A program made the translations under genes and the position numbers. The notes under the pieces are model-generated. The model worked only from the letters and a program-made list of their open reading frames with translations, searched no databases and was not told where the DNA came from. Source: Fervidobacterium sp. (GTDB taxonomy: Bacteria; Thermotogota; Thermotogae; Thermotogales; Fervidobacteriaceae). Taken from it: DNA of 64,000 nt. Of the stretch, positions 1-8,899 are shown in pieces (position 1 is the stretch's first letter; the number at the start of each line of letters is the position of its first letter). The stretch lies in the NCBI GenBank assembly GCA_049970055.1, contig JBMFNR010000004.1, forward strand, positions 71,647 through 135,646, in the 5' to 3' direction.

Positions 1-2
1 TT

Positions 3-896
3 GGTGCAGGACTTTTATCCGAAAAGATAGGTCTGCTAAACACCTTGAGATTGTCAATGATGCTGTCATTTTTTTCGATCGTTCCGTTGATACCTATAAA
101 AAACGTGAAAGCTAGTTTAAAGAAACGCGTTATAAGTCTCACTTTGCCTCAGTTCATTATATACCTTTATTACATAATTTCCGGTTCTCTAGTTAGCTTG
201 GCTGCTGGGGTGTTTATAAACTTTGGAAATGTGATATTTTTTGATCTTTTTTCATTTTCGACTTCCATGATTACACTTGTTCTTTCTGTATCACAACTCT
301 CAACAGCTGCAACATCCTTAGTTTCTCACAAAATTACTTCGAGGTATGGTTATAAATTGTCGCTCTTTTTGCTCTATAGTGCGGTAACAGTATTAATTTT
401 CCTAATGCCAATTTTTATGATGAACTCTGTTGCGTTTACTGTGGCTTATATTTTGCGCTATGTACTCTTGAATATAACAACTCCAATCTACATGGTGTTT
501 TGTCTTTCCTATCTACCAAAAACGTATTTAGCTACTTTCTCAGGATTTAGTTACTTTATAAACAGTTTAATGAGAGCTTTTTCCGCTCAGATATTTACTC
601 TTTTGTCAAAAAGCGGAACTACTAACTATTCTAAACTGTTCTTCATCACAGGATTGTTTTATTTGTTTAATACTATCTTAACCATTATTGTTTTTGCACT
701 AGTTTACATTTCAGGCAAGAAAAACATACAAATAAGCTTTGCATCTTTTGGTACGTTCTTTAGCAAAGCATGGGGCAGAAATGGAAAGAGAGTAAAGTAT
801 AATTTATCACACAGTTCAAAGCAAAGATCAAAGTTTAAATCATCAAGCGTAAGTATACACGTTCATAATTTCAGGCACAAACGGCCTGATAGATAA
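3..896 (+). CDS. MFS-type transporter, 5'-truncated by the window edge
   Basis: Frame is open from base 3; multiple hydrophobic helices; MFS-like loop (SHKITSRYGYK); basic hydrophilic C-terminal tail. Confidence 0.7.
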   Translation, partial: GAGLLSEKIGLLNTLRLSMMLSFFSIVPLIPIKNVKASLKKRVISLTLPQFIIYLYYIISGSLVSLAAGVFINFGNVIFFDLFSFSTSMITLVLSVSQLSTAATSLVSHKITSRYGYKLSLFLLYSAVTVLIFLMPIFMMNSVAFTVAYILRYVLLNITTPIYMVFCLSYLPKTYLATFSGFSYFINSLMRAFSAQIFTLLSKSGTTNYSKLFFITGLFYLFNTILTIIVFALVYISGKKNIQISFASFGTFFSKAWGRNGKRVKYNLSHSSKQRSKFKSSSVSIHVHNFRHKRPDR

Positions 897-920
897 AAAA
901 GGTGAAAATGTAAATCTTTG

Positions 921-929
921 TGGTATAAT
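921..929 (+). promoter_or_regulatory. Extended -10 promoter (TGgTATAAT) upstream of slyD-pelF
   Basis: tggtataat at 921-929, with gtgaaa 16 nt upstream of the -10. Confidence 0.5.
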
Positions 930-1011
930 AAGAATACTTAGGAACTTTTTCGTATCACCATAAGATATGAAAAGTTTCTCGCAAATTCAGATAAAAAAGG
1001 ATGTGAGTCAT

Positions 1012-1431
1012 ATGGGAATTAAGCAAGGTGACAAGGTTAAAGTTCACTACACTGGTATGTTTGAAGAAGGGCAAGTATTTGATACTTCGCTAAACAGGGG
1101 ACCGCTTGAATTTATCATCGGAGCTGGTCAGGTAATACCAGGTTTCGAAGAAGAACTCATTGGTATGGAAATAGGCGAAAAGAAAACTTTTACAATCCCT
1201 TTTGAGAAAGCTTACGGACCAGTAAGAGATGAGTTGAAGTTCTCAGTAGAACGTTCAAAGTTGCCAGATGATGTAGGTGTTGGTGACCTATTGGAAGTCC
1301 ATCAACCCGATGGGAATTTCTTTGTAGTAAGGGTCGAGCAAATAAACGATGAACTGGCAATACTTGACGCGAATCATCCCCTTGCAGGTAAGAATCTTGT
1401 TTTTCAAGTGGAGATCATAGAAATCAATTAA
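1012..1431 (+). CDS. slyD: FKBP-type peptidyl-prolyl isomerase (SlyD/FkpB-like, no His-rich tail)
   Basis: GDKVKVHYTG, PLEFIIGAGQVIPGFEE and DANHPLAGKNL motifs; likely start is ATG 1012. Confidence 0.85.
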   Translation: MGIKQGDKVKVHYTGMFEEGQVFDTSLNRGPLEFIIGAGQVIPGFEEELIGMEIGEKKTFTIPFEKAYGPVRDELKFSVERSKLPDDVGVGDLLEVHQPDGNFFVVRVEQINDELAILDANHPLAGKNLVFQVEIIEIN

Positions 1432-1435
1432 TGAT

Positions 1436-2824
1436 ATGAGAGTATGTATCGTAGTTGAAGGAACGTACCCTTATGTTACTGGAGGAGTTTCTTCTTGGAT
1501 TCAAATGTTGATCGAAAATATGCCTGACATCGATTTTGACGTTGTTCACTTGGCTCCATGGCGGTGGACACGTCCTTTTGGTTATAAAATGCCTAGTAAT
1601 TTGAAAAGGATATACGAATATCAACTATTTTCATCAGATTATGAGTTCTTTCCAGAAGTGAATACTAAGGAGATTATTAATAATATTAAGTACATGATTG
1701 ATTTTCAAAAAGGTAACAGAGTCCAACATTTTAGAAAAATATTGCGACATATAGCTGGTAAGAAGATTGATCACTTACTGTTAACAAAAGAGTTTTGGGA
1801 TTTAATACAATATGTCTATTCACGCCATTTTTTGACTGAAGGTTTTACCGGTTTTTACTGGACTGTGATAGGTTTTATTATACCCATTTTTGGCGCCCTC
1901 CAATCGATTCCTCCAAAAGCTGACATTTATCATTCCACTACGACTGGTTATGCTTCTTTAAGCGCATTAATGGGAAAGTACGTCAATAATGGAAAATTGA
2001 TAGTCACAGAACATGGTATATATCACAGGGAAAGGGAAATCGAAATAATGAAATCTAAAACAATTGCTGAAATTTACAAAGAGGCTTGGATAAGTATATT
2101 TAAGATGATAAGTGAGCTTGCCTATGAAGAGTGTGATTATCTTACAACATTGTTTGAAAAAAATCAATTATTCCAGCTGGAGTTAAATGCCGATCTCGAA
2201 AAAATGTTAGTAATACCCAATGGAATAAATGTTGAGAAGTTTGGAGCGTTGAAAAAAATTGAGCATGATACATTTAACATAGGAGTAGTAGGAAGAGTCG
2301 TTCCCATAAAGGATATTTTAACAGCAATAAAAGCATTTGATATTGTGGTGAAGGAAATCCCAAATTCGAGGCTTTATGTAGTAGGTCCAACTGATGAAGA
2401 CGAAGAGTACTTCAAAAGGTGCATTAATCTGGTTGATATTTTGAATTTAAAAGATAAGGTCATATTTACTGGGAAAGTAAACGTTCTTGAATATTACGGT
2501 ATGTTCGATTTAATTTTGCTTAGCAGTATCTCTGAAGGTCAGCCACTGGTTCAATTAGAAGCTATGGCATGTGGAATACCGTTAGTGGTGACGAATGTCG
2601 GTAATTGTCCGGAAATAGCACTTGATCCGGATGGGCAATCTGGTTTCGTTGTTGAACCTAAAGACTACATCTCGATGAGCGAAAAAATTATCCTTCTTGC
2701 CAAAGACCGAGATCTGTGGCATACATTCTCAGAAAATGGTAAACGCGTCGTTAATGAGAAATATACCCTTGAGCAAATGATCAATTCTTACCGCCGTCTT
2801 TATGAAGAGGTGCTTAAGAAATGA
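1436..2824 (+). CDS. pelF: GT4 glycosyltransferase, PelF family (DUF3492 + Glycos_transf_1)
   Basis: EGTYPYVTGGVSSW N-terminus, TEHGIYHRER, GRVVPIKD, SISEGQPLVQLEAMA (EX7E). Confidence 0.88.
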   Translation: MRVCIVVEGTYPYVTGGVSSWIQMLIENMPDIDFDVVHLAPWRWTRPFGYKMPSNLKRIYEYQLFSSDYEFFPEVNTKEIINNIKYMIDFQKGNRVQHFRKILRHIAGKKIDHLLLTKEFWDLIQYVYSRHFLTEGFTGFYWTVIGFIIPIFGALQSIPPKADIYHSTTTGYASLSALMGKYVNNGKLIVTEHGIYHREREIEIMKSKTIAEIYKEAWISIFKMISELAYEECDYLTTLFEKNQLFQLELNADLEKMLVIPNGINVEKFGALKKIEHDTFNIGVVGRVVPIKDILTAIKAFDIVVKEIPNSRLYVVGPTDEDEEYFKRCINLVDILNLKDKVIFTGKVNVLEYYGMFDLILLSSISEGQPLVQLEAMACGIPLVVTNVGNCPEIALDPDGQSGFVVEPKDYISMSEKIILLAKDRDLWHTFSENGKRVVNEKYTLEQMINSYRRLYEEVLKK

Positions 2825-5061
2825 AAAGTAGAATTTTAAGATTAGTGCTTGTATTTCTTTTCCTAGTCTTGTTCTCCATCTTGTTCTCAAGCAAAGTTTA
2901 TTCAAAAGCTTTACTTTTGTACAAGAATTCAGAACAAGGATATGGTTATAACATACTTGTCAAGTATGTTGCATCAGAATTGAAAAATCTTTCACTTACT
3001 TACGATATCGTTGACGTGGAAAGTGAAGCGTTTTTAAATATTGATATGTCAGGCTATGAATTTATCGCAACATGTTACTACAGTCCAATTATGCCGAATG
3101 CGAAAAATTATCTAAAAAGATTGTACGAATTTTTACTAAGCGGTGGAAAGTTACTAGTTATCAACAATATCGGTGCTACGATCGATACTTCTGGCTCGAA
3201 CCATCCTACACTTGCGGAAATAAATTCAGTTTATAATTTACTCGGTGTGTCGTACTCTTACGGTTGGAAAAAAGTGCAACCAAAAGAGATTTTAATTGAT
3301 AAATATTATTTATCCGTTCAGAATCCAGTATACTTAAGTGAAAGAGATGTTGAAATATATCAATCTATAAGTCCGTACACAAAGCCGATAGTTAGTGTTA
3401 AGTCTTCTGACGATAAGATGTACGATGTAGGATTTGTAGGTCCACTTGGTGCAATTATAAGTTACAACTATTTTATTGATGATAACGGTAAGATATCAAT
3501 TGATATCAGTAAGATAATTGAAACATTACTTTACGGTAATTCGCACTCTTTCAAAATTCTTGTTTTAGGTAAAGCGAATAGTATTTTGTCAAAAGCTCTT
3601 GATTATACTTTATTAAGATATGATTGGAGGGAAAATATTCCTTCGAATTTATCAACATACGATGCAATCATTTTGCTAGATGGACAACTTCCAATCACAG
3701 ATGCGAATCTAACAAAATACATCCTATCTGGTGGAACGGTTTTAGTAACATCGAAAGGCAATAAAACAGTCCAAGTTTCCAATTTGAAAATTGATTCCAA
3801 TATTTTCCCAGTGCCGCCAGAATTTTCTATTCAAATACGTAAAAATATTTCTTACGTTGAGCCATTTCCAGGTGCTGTTGGTCTTATTTTTTCAGCTGAG
3901 GGAGACACACTTTCATGGAAAACGACAATGGGCACAGGACAGTTAATATACTATCCATCCGAACTTGTCACAAAATCATTGAGAGGGGTTTTAATACAAA
4001 CGCTTTTTTCTCAGTTGCCGTTCTCTATACAGCCAATTGTTAATAGCTTCTCAGTGTATTTGGATGACTTTCCACTGCCAGCTTATAGAAGAAAGATAGA
4101 TGTTATTACAAAAGAATTTGGTGACATAACTGATAACGAGTTTTATTATAACATCTGGTGGCCAACAATGAAGAAAATATCTGAACATTTTAACTTGAAG
4201 TACACATCAATTTTTGTTGCAAATTATAATGCTTCCGTGACTTGGCCTTTTAGCTTCCAAGAGTATATAAACACACCCGAACAGAGAATTATGCTTGATG
4301 AGCTCATGAGGAACAACATAGAAATTGGTTTGCATGGGTATAATCATATACCATTAACAAATGATAGGTGGGATAGTGAGCGACTTAAAGATGTTTTAAA
4401 GACGTTCAAGATATTTATAAAAAATACACTTGGTGAAGAGTATATTCCATACACGTACGTTGCTCCCGATAACATAATAGATAATCTTGGCATATCTCAA
4501 TTACTGGAAATATTTCCATCGATAAAAGTTATAGGTACGACTTATAAAACAGAAAGTACTGAAAATGCTTACGAGTTCTCTGTGGTAAAACAAGGGACGG
4601 TGATAGTGCCAAGAACCACCTCAGGTTATTACCCTTTGAGTAAAATTGTCACTGAGTCAGTGCTTGGTTTAATGACCCTGGGAACGTATCAATATTTTTT
4701 GCATCCGGATGATATATTTTCAAAAGACAGAAATCCTGATGCAAAGACTTGGACGGAGATGTCGCAAAGTTTGATTGACTTTTTTAGTACGATGACTAAG
4801 TACTATCCATACCTGAGAAATCATTTTTCATTTGAGAGCGGTGAAATTATATACGACTTTCTAACGCAACGACCGTTTATAGAAAAACAAAGTGGGAAAA
4901 TAAGTGTGAGGATTGCCATGGGATATCATCTACCTAGGTATTATTATGTGAGGTCACGTTCTCCATTTAAACTTTCCGGTGGCAGGATTGTATTTAATTC
5001 AAATAACTTATATGTTATTGAACAATTCGAGAATATAATGGAAATACTATTTGTTAAGTGA
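2821..5061 (+). CDS. Exported DUF2194-family protein with a polysaccharide-deacetylase-like C-terminal domain
   Basis: N-terminal signal/TM segment; LDDFPLP, GLHGYNH and HPDD motifs; ATGA-type overlap with pelF. Confidence 0.75.
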   Translation: MKSRILRLVLVFLFLVLFSILFSSKVYSKALLLYKNSEQGYGYNILVKYVASELKNLSLTYDIVDVESEAFLNIDMSGYEFIATCYYSPIMPNAKNYLKRLYEFLLSGGKLLVINNIGATIDTSGSNHPTLAEINSVYNLLGVSYSYGWKKVQPKEILIDKYYLSVQNPVYLSERDVEIYQSISPYTKPIVSVKSSDDKMYDVGFVGPLGAIISYNYFIDDNGKISIDISKIIETLLYGNSHSFKILVLGKANSILSKALDYTLLRYDWRENIPSNLSTYDAIILLDGQLPITDANLTKYILSGGTVLVTSKGNKTVQVSNLKIDSNIFPVPPEFSIQIRKNISYVEPFPGAVGLIFSAEGDTLSWKTTMGTGQLIYYPSELVTKSLRGVLIQTLFSQLPFSIQPIVNSFSVYLDDFPLPAYRRKIDVITKEFGDITDNEFYYNIWWPTMKKISEHFNLKYTSIFVANYNASVTWPFSFQEYINTPEQRIMLDELMRNNIEIGLHGYNHIPLTNDRWDSERLKDVLKTFKIFIKNTLGEEYIPYTYVAPDNIIDNLGISQLLEIFPSIKVIGTTYKTESTENAYEFSVVKQGTVIVPRTTSGYYPLSKIVTESVLGLMTLGTYQYFLHPDDIFSKDRNPDAKTWTEMSQSLIDFFSTMTKYYPYLRNHFSFESGEIIYDFLTQRPFIEKQSGKISVRIAMGYHLPRYYYVRSRSPFKLSGGRIVFNSNNLYVIEQFENIMEILFVK

Positions 5062-5087
5062 AGGAGTAAAATAAAGGAGAGGCTATT

Positions 5088-5870
5088 GTGCATTACAAAT
5101 TCATTGCTTTGGATTTAGGTGATGATATTGATATCAAAAGGTTGATGCAAGAAAAATCATCACATGTTGAATATATACGATGGGAGGAACCTTTTAAGTT
5201 CAAGTATTCTGATGGAGTTGTTTACGTATACTCCTTTGGAGCCGTTGTTGGAATGAATATACCAACGAAACAATTTAACGCTCTGGTATCGGAGTTGGAC
5301 GAGTACGTATTGGGTACAGTGAAGCATACATCTATAGAAACTTTGGAAGTGATTCTAAGTAAGGATAAAGTGAAAGATATAGAGGTCTATGAAGATAAAA
5401 TATACGTACCTAAAATTGATGATGGTATAGTTTATACATCTTCTTTTGTTTTAGCACAAAGTGTATCATTACATAGAATAGAGCAAAAAACAGCGATGTT
5501 GATAGACGAGATAGAGAAATTTCTCTCGACAAAAGGGAAGGTTACTAAGGGGCGAAAATCTTTAGGACTCGTCATGAAAATTCTTAAAACTCGACACGAA
5601 ATTCTTTCAGACGTTATGATATTAGATAAACCCGATTTGGCTTGGGAAAACGAGGTGTACGATCAACTGTATCAAAAACTTTCAAGATATTACGAATTAT
5701 CAAGAAGATATAAGAACGTAACCACTAAACTTGACCATGCTTTCGAAGTTGCCTCGGTTTTGCTTGAAATTCATAGCGAAAGTAAGGCAAACTTCTTAGA
5801 ATGGATGATAATCCTTCTTTTTATCATAGAAATAGCCATGACGGTGGTTGATAAGATTTTGTTGAATTAA
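5088..5870 (+). CDS. RMD1/DUF155 family protein
   Basis: FGAVV, LAQSV, ILDKPDLAWE, LEWMIILLF C-terminal TM; GTG start with aaggag SD. Confidence 0.85.
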   Translation: MHYKFIALDLGDDIDIKRLMQEKSSHVEYIRWEEPFKFKYSDGVVYVYSFGAVVGMNIPTKQFNALVSELDEYVLGTVKHTSIETLEVILSKDKVKDIEVYEDKIYVPKIDDGIVYTSSFVLAQSVSLHRIEQKTAMLIDEIEKFLSTKGKVTKGRKSLGLVMKILKTRHEILSDVMILDKPDLAWENEVYDQLYQKLSRYYELSRRYKNVTTKLDHAFEVASVLLEIHSESKANFLEWMIILLFIIEIAMTVVDKILLN

Positions 5871-5950
5871 TGGTAAATATTATGATTGAAGTGAATATTA
5901 AATAAATATATTGTACAACACGCACTATATTTATAGGGAGGGAGATTGGT

Positions 5951-7477
5951 ATGAAAAGGTATTTGGTAATGCTTTTTGTAGTTTTAAGTTTGCTCTCGTT
6001 TGCTGTTAAGATTACGGTTTTTCATATCAACGATACACACGGACATGCATGGAGTTTCACCGATTCAGCAGGTAATATAATTGGAGGATTTGCAACTGTT
6101 GCATCTATTATCGATGCAGAGAGAAAGGTAAATCCAAACGTCCTTTTCCTGCATGCAGGAGATATCAACACAGGTGTACCCGAATCAGACTTGATGAACG
6201 CATTACCGGACATATTCGTGCTCAATAGGATGAACCTTACAGCGGTTGCTGTTGGTAACCATGAATTCGATAAACCAAGAGATATCCTTCTCAGACAGAT
6301 GTCATGGGCGAAATTTCCGTTCTTAAGTGCAAATATTTACAAAGACGGCAAACCATTCTTCACACCTTACATAATAAAGGAAGTAGGCGGAATTAAAGTA
6401 GCGATAGTTGGTTTTACAACAGAGCATACAAAGATCCTTGAAGGACCAAATTCCGAGGACTTGGAATTTAAGAATGTTATCGAAGTTGCAAAAAACATCA
6501 TCCCGGAAGTTAGAAAACAAGCAAATGTTGTTATAGCTCTGACGCACCTTGGCGTTGGGCAAGGTTACTCTGAACTATACACAACGGCTGATCAACTTGC
6601 AAAAGAAGTCGAAGGTATAGATCTCATTATCGATGGTCATAGCCATACTCAGATGGCAGAGCCAATGGTTGTAAATGGCGTCCCCATCGTACAAGCGTTT
6701 GAATGGGCGAAAGTTATTGGAAAGGCAGATATTGAGATTGAAAACGGGAAGGTTATTAGAATTGATTGGACGGCAATTCCAGTAGTCCAGTTAAAGGTTG
6801 TTGGAAAAGATGAAGCAGGAAAGAATGTATACAAAGTTGTTACCCCCGAAGCAATGTATGTTAAAGTTCCACTCGATTATTTCAAAAAGCTCGGTGGTGC
6901 GAAACTTGATACAGTAATTGGTACAACGGAAATTTTACTTGACGGCGAACGTGCAAATGTCAGATCAAAAACAACGAACCTTGCTAACTTAATAACTGAT
7001 GCAATGCTTTGGAAAACAGGTGCAGAAGTTGCGTTAACGAACGGTGGTGGCATTAGGGCATCGATTAAACCCGGTGATATAAAAATAAGAGATGTACTCA
7101 CTGTATTACCATTTGGAAATACCTTGTACGTACTAGAATTGAAAGGCTCAGACTTAATTAAAGCTTTTGAGTACGCAGCAAGTGTACCAAATGGTCAAGG
7201 AGCATTCTTGCACGTTGCTGGAGCGACATGGAAGTCAGAAGGTGGAAAACTAACGCAGGTGCTTATCAACGGAAAACCAGTTGATCCTGAGAAGGTTTAC
7301 AAAGTGGTTACAAACGACTACATGGCAGCTGGTGGAGATGGCTACGCAGTGCTGAAAGGTCAAAAGGGGTACAATACGTTCTACGTAATGGCAGATGTTG
7401 TCGTTGAATACATTCAGAAAGTACTTGGTGGAAAAATTACAAACTACGATGATAAACCAAGGGTGGAAAGGAAGTAA
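5951..7477 (+). CDS. Exported bifunctional UDP-sugar hydrolase/5'-nucleotidase (UshA-like)
   Basis: Signal peptide; HINDTHGH, AGDINTGVPESD, GNHEFD, DGHSH, NGGGIRA. Confidence 0.9.
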   Translation: MKRYLVMLFVVLSLLSFAVKITVFHINDTHGHAWSFTDSAGNIIGGFATVASIIDAERKVNPNVLFLHAGDINTGVPESDLMNALPDIFVLNRMNLTAVAVGNHEFDKPRDILLRQMSWAKFPFLSANIYKDGKPFFTPYIIKEVGGIKVAIVGFTTEHTKILEGPNSEDLEFKNVIEVAKNIIPEVRKQANVVIALTHLGVGQGYSELYTTADQLAKEVEGIDLIIDGHSHTQMAEPMVVNGVPIVQAFEWAKVIGKADIEIENGKVIRIDWTAIPVVQLKVVGKDEAGKNVYKVVTPEAMYVKVPLDYFKKLGGAKLDTVIGTTEILLDGERANVRSKTTNLANLITDAMLWKTGAEVALTNGGGIRASIKPGDIKIRDVLTVLPFGNTLYVLELKGSDLIKAFEYAASVPNGQGAFLHVAGATWKSEGGKLTQVLINGKPVDPEKVYKVVTNDYMAAGGDGYAVLKGQKGYNTFYVMADVVVEYIQKVLGGKITNYDDKPRVERK

Positions 7478-7515
7478 ATATCTCTAAGCTTTTGTAACAT
7501 ATTAAGGTATGGAAG

Positions 7516-7545
7516 GGTGGGCAAAGTATTGCCCACCTTATTTAT
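7516..7545 (+). terminator. Probable intrinsic terminator
   Basis: ggtgggcaa/ttgcccacc stem followed by ttatttat. Confidence 0.65.
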
Positions 7546-7593
7546 ATTTAACAGGCGGTATGTGTGAAAAAACTCATGTAAAGAGGACAAAAT

Positions 7594-7623
7594 TTGACAA
7601 TAAATGTACAGAAAGTATATAAT
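7594..7623 (+). promoter_or_regulatory. Sigma-A promoter of niaR-pncA with an overlapping candidate NiaR operator (ACA-N5-TGT at 7597-7607)
   Basis: TTGACA 7594-7599, 18 nt spacer, TATAAT 7618-7623; ACAataaaTGT overlaps the -35 box. Confidence 0.7.
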
Positions 7624-7646
7624 TGTTTGGACGCGGAGGTGAAATT

Positions 7647-8138
7647 ATGGAGCGAAGATATGAAATAGTTGAAATATTGAAGAAATCAAAATCGCCTGTG
7701 AAGGGGAAAGACCTTTCACAAATGCTTGGAGTTAGTAGGCAGATCATTGTGTCAGATATAGCTCAACTACGTGAGGAAGGTTATAGGATCGTATCGACAA
7801 GGGATGGCTATTTACTTGATACTGGTGGAAAAATTCGGAGAACTATTGCAGTTAAACATTCTTCTGAAGAAATTTACGATGAACTCAAAACAATTGTGGA
7901 AAACGGCGGGAAGGTTATTGACGTTATTGTTGAACACCCAATATACGGTGAAATCACTGGCAGAATTGATGTTTCAAGCATCGATGACGTTGAAAAATTT
8001 ATCTCACTTCTCAAATCTTCGAACACAAAACCACTCCTTGAAATTTCAGGTGGAATACATCTGCATACGATAGAAACTTCCGACGAGAAAACTATGGAAA
8101 GAGTTCTAGAAGCTATTGATAAATACAGATTGAAGTAA
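7647..8138 (+). CDS. niaR: Niacin-responsive transcriptional repressor (HTH_11 + 3H domain)
   Basis: GVSRQIIVSDIAQLR HTH; VKH, VEHPIYGEI and GIHLHTI 3H motifs; ggaggt SD before ATG 7647. Confidence 0.9.
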   Translation: MERRYEIVEILKKSKSPVKGKDLSQMLGVSRQIIVSDIAQLREEGYRIVSTRDGYLLDTGGKIRRTIAVKHSSEEIYDELKTIVENGGKVIDVIVEHPIYGEITGRIDVSSIDDVEKFISLLKSSNTKPLLEISGGIHLHTIETSDEKTMERVLEAIDKYRLK

Positions 8139-8151
8139 GGGAGGTTTTGTC

Positions 8152-8676
8152 ATGAAGGCTCTTTTAATTGTTGATTTACAAAATGATTTTGCAAAACCTG
8201 GTGGAGCCCTTTATTTTCCTGGAGCAGAAAATGTCATTTCTGGTATTATTAAACTTGTAAAGGAATTCAAATTGCAGAATTTACCCATTATCTACACAAA
8301 AGATTGGCATGAAGACAAAGACTACGAGTTTGATATATGGGGAGTACATTGCCTGCATGACACACATGGCAGCGAGATAGTTGACGAACTCAAAGATACG
8401 CTATATGGTTATAAGCATGTATATGAGGTCAGAAAAAGTCGTTACTCAGGCTTTTATGGTACAAACCTTGAACAGATTTTAAAAGATTTGAATATAACTG
8501 AAGTCCATGTTGGTGGTTTGGTTACACACATATGTGTTCTTTTCACTGTTGAGGAGTTAAGAAATCGCGGAATAGAAACAATAGTACACTCAGATTGCGT
8601 CGATAGCTTTGATAAACCAATGCATGAATTTGCCCTTAGAGAAATGAAAGAGGTTCTGTTAGCAAAAGTTATATAA
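8152..8676 (+). CDS. pncA: Nicotinamidase (isochorismatase family)
   Basis: VDLQNDF, DWH, HC, KSRYSGF and THICV (D/K/C triad); lies next to niaR. Confidence 0.85.
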   Translation: MKALLIVDLQNDFAKPGGALYFPGAENVISGIIKLVKEFKLQNLPIIYTKDWHEDKDYEFDIWGVHCLHDTHGSEIVDELKDTLYGYKHVYEVRKSRYSGFYGTNLEQILKDLNITEVHVGGLVTHICVLFTVEELRNRGIETIVHSDCVDSFDKPMHEFALREMKEVLLAKVI

Positions 8677-8769
8677 TTTAGCGTTGTTGGTATAAATATT
8701 TTATTTCCGTAATCTAAAATTAATGGAAATTATTGAAATATATGCTAAACTTGGTGAGCAGCATGTATA

Positions 8770-8899
8770 TATAATTTTAACTACAACTCAGCAGTCGTTC
8801 CCTTTCCCCTTGCTATAACAATGAAGAAGAATCCCTCTTTGAAAAAGAAAAGCAAGGTGAGGGATTGACTGATAAGAGTAATTAAGCAAGGAGAAAGGT
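8770..8899 (+). promoter_or_regulatory. -10 box plus structured 5' leader of the DEAD-box helicase (putative translational switch)
   Basis: TATAAT 8770-8775; segment 8801-8814 is complementary to both 8851-8864 and the SD region 8885-8898. Confidence 0.55.
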
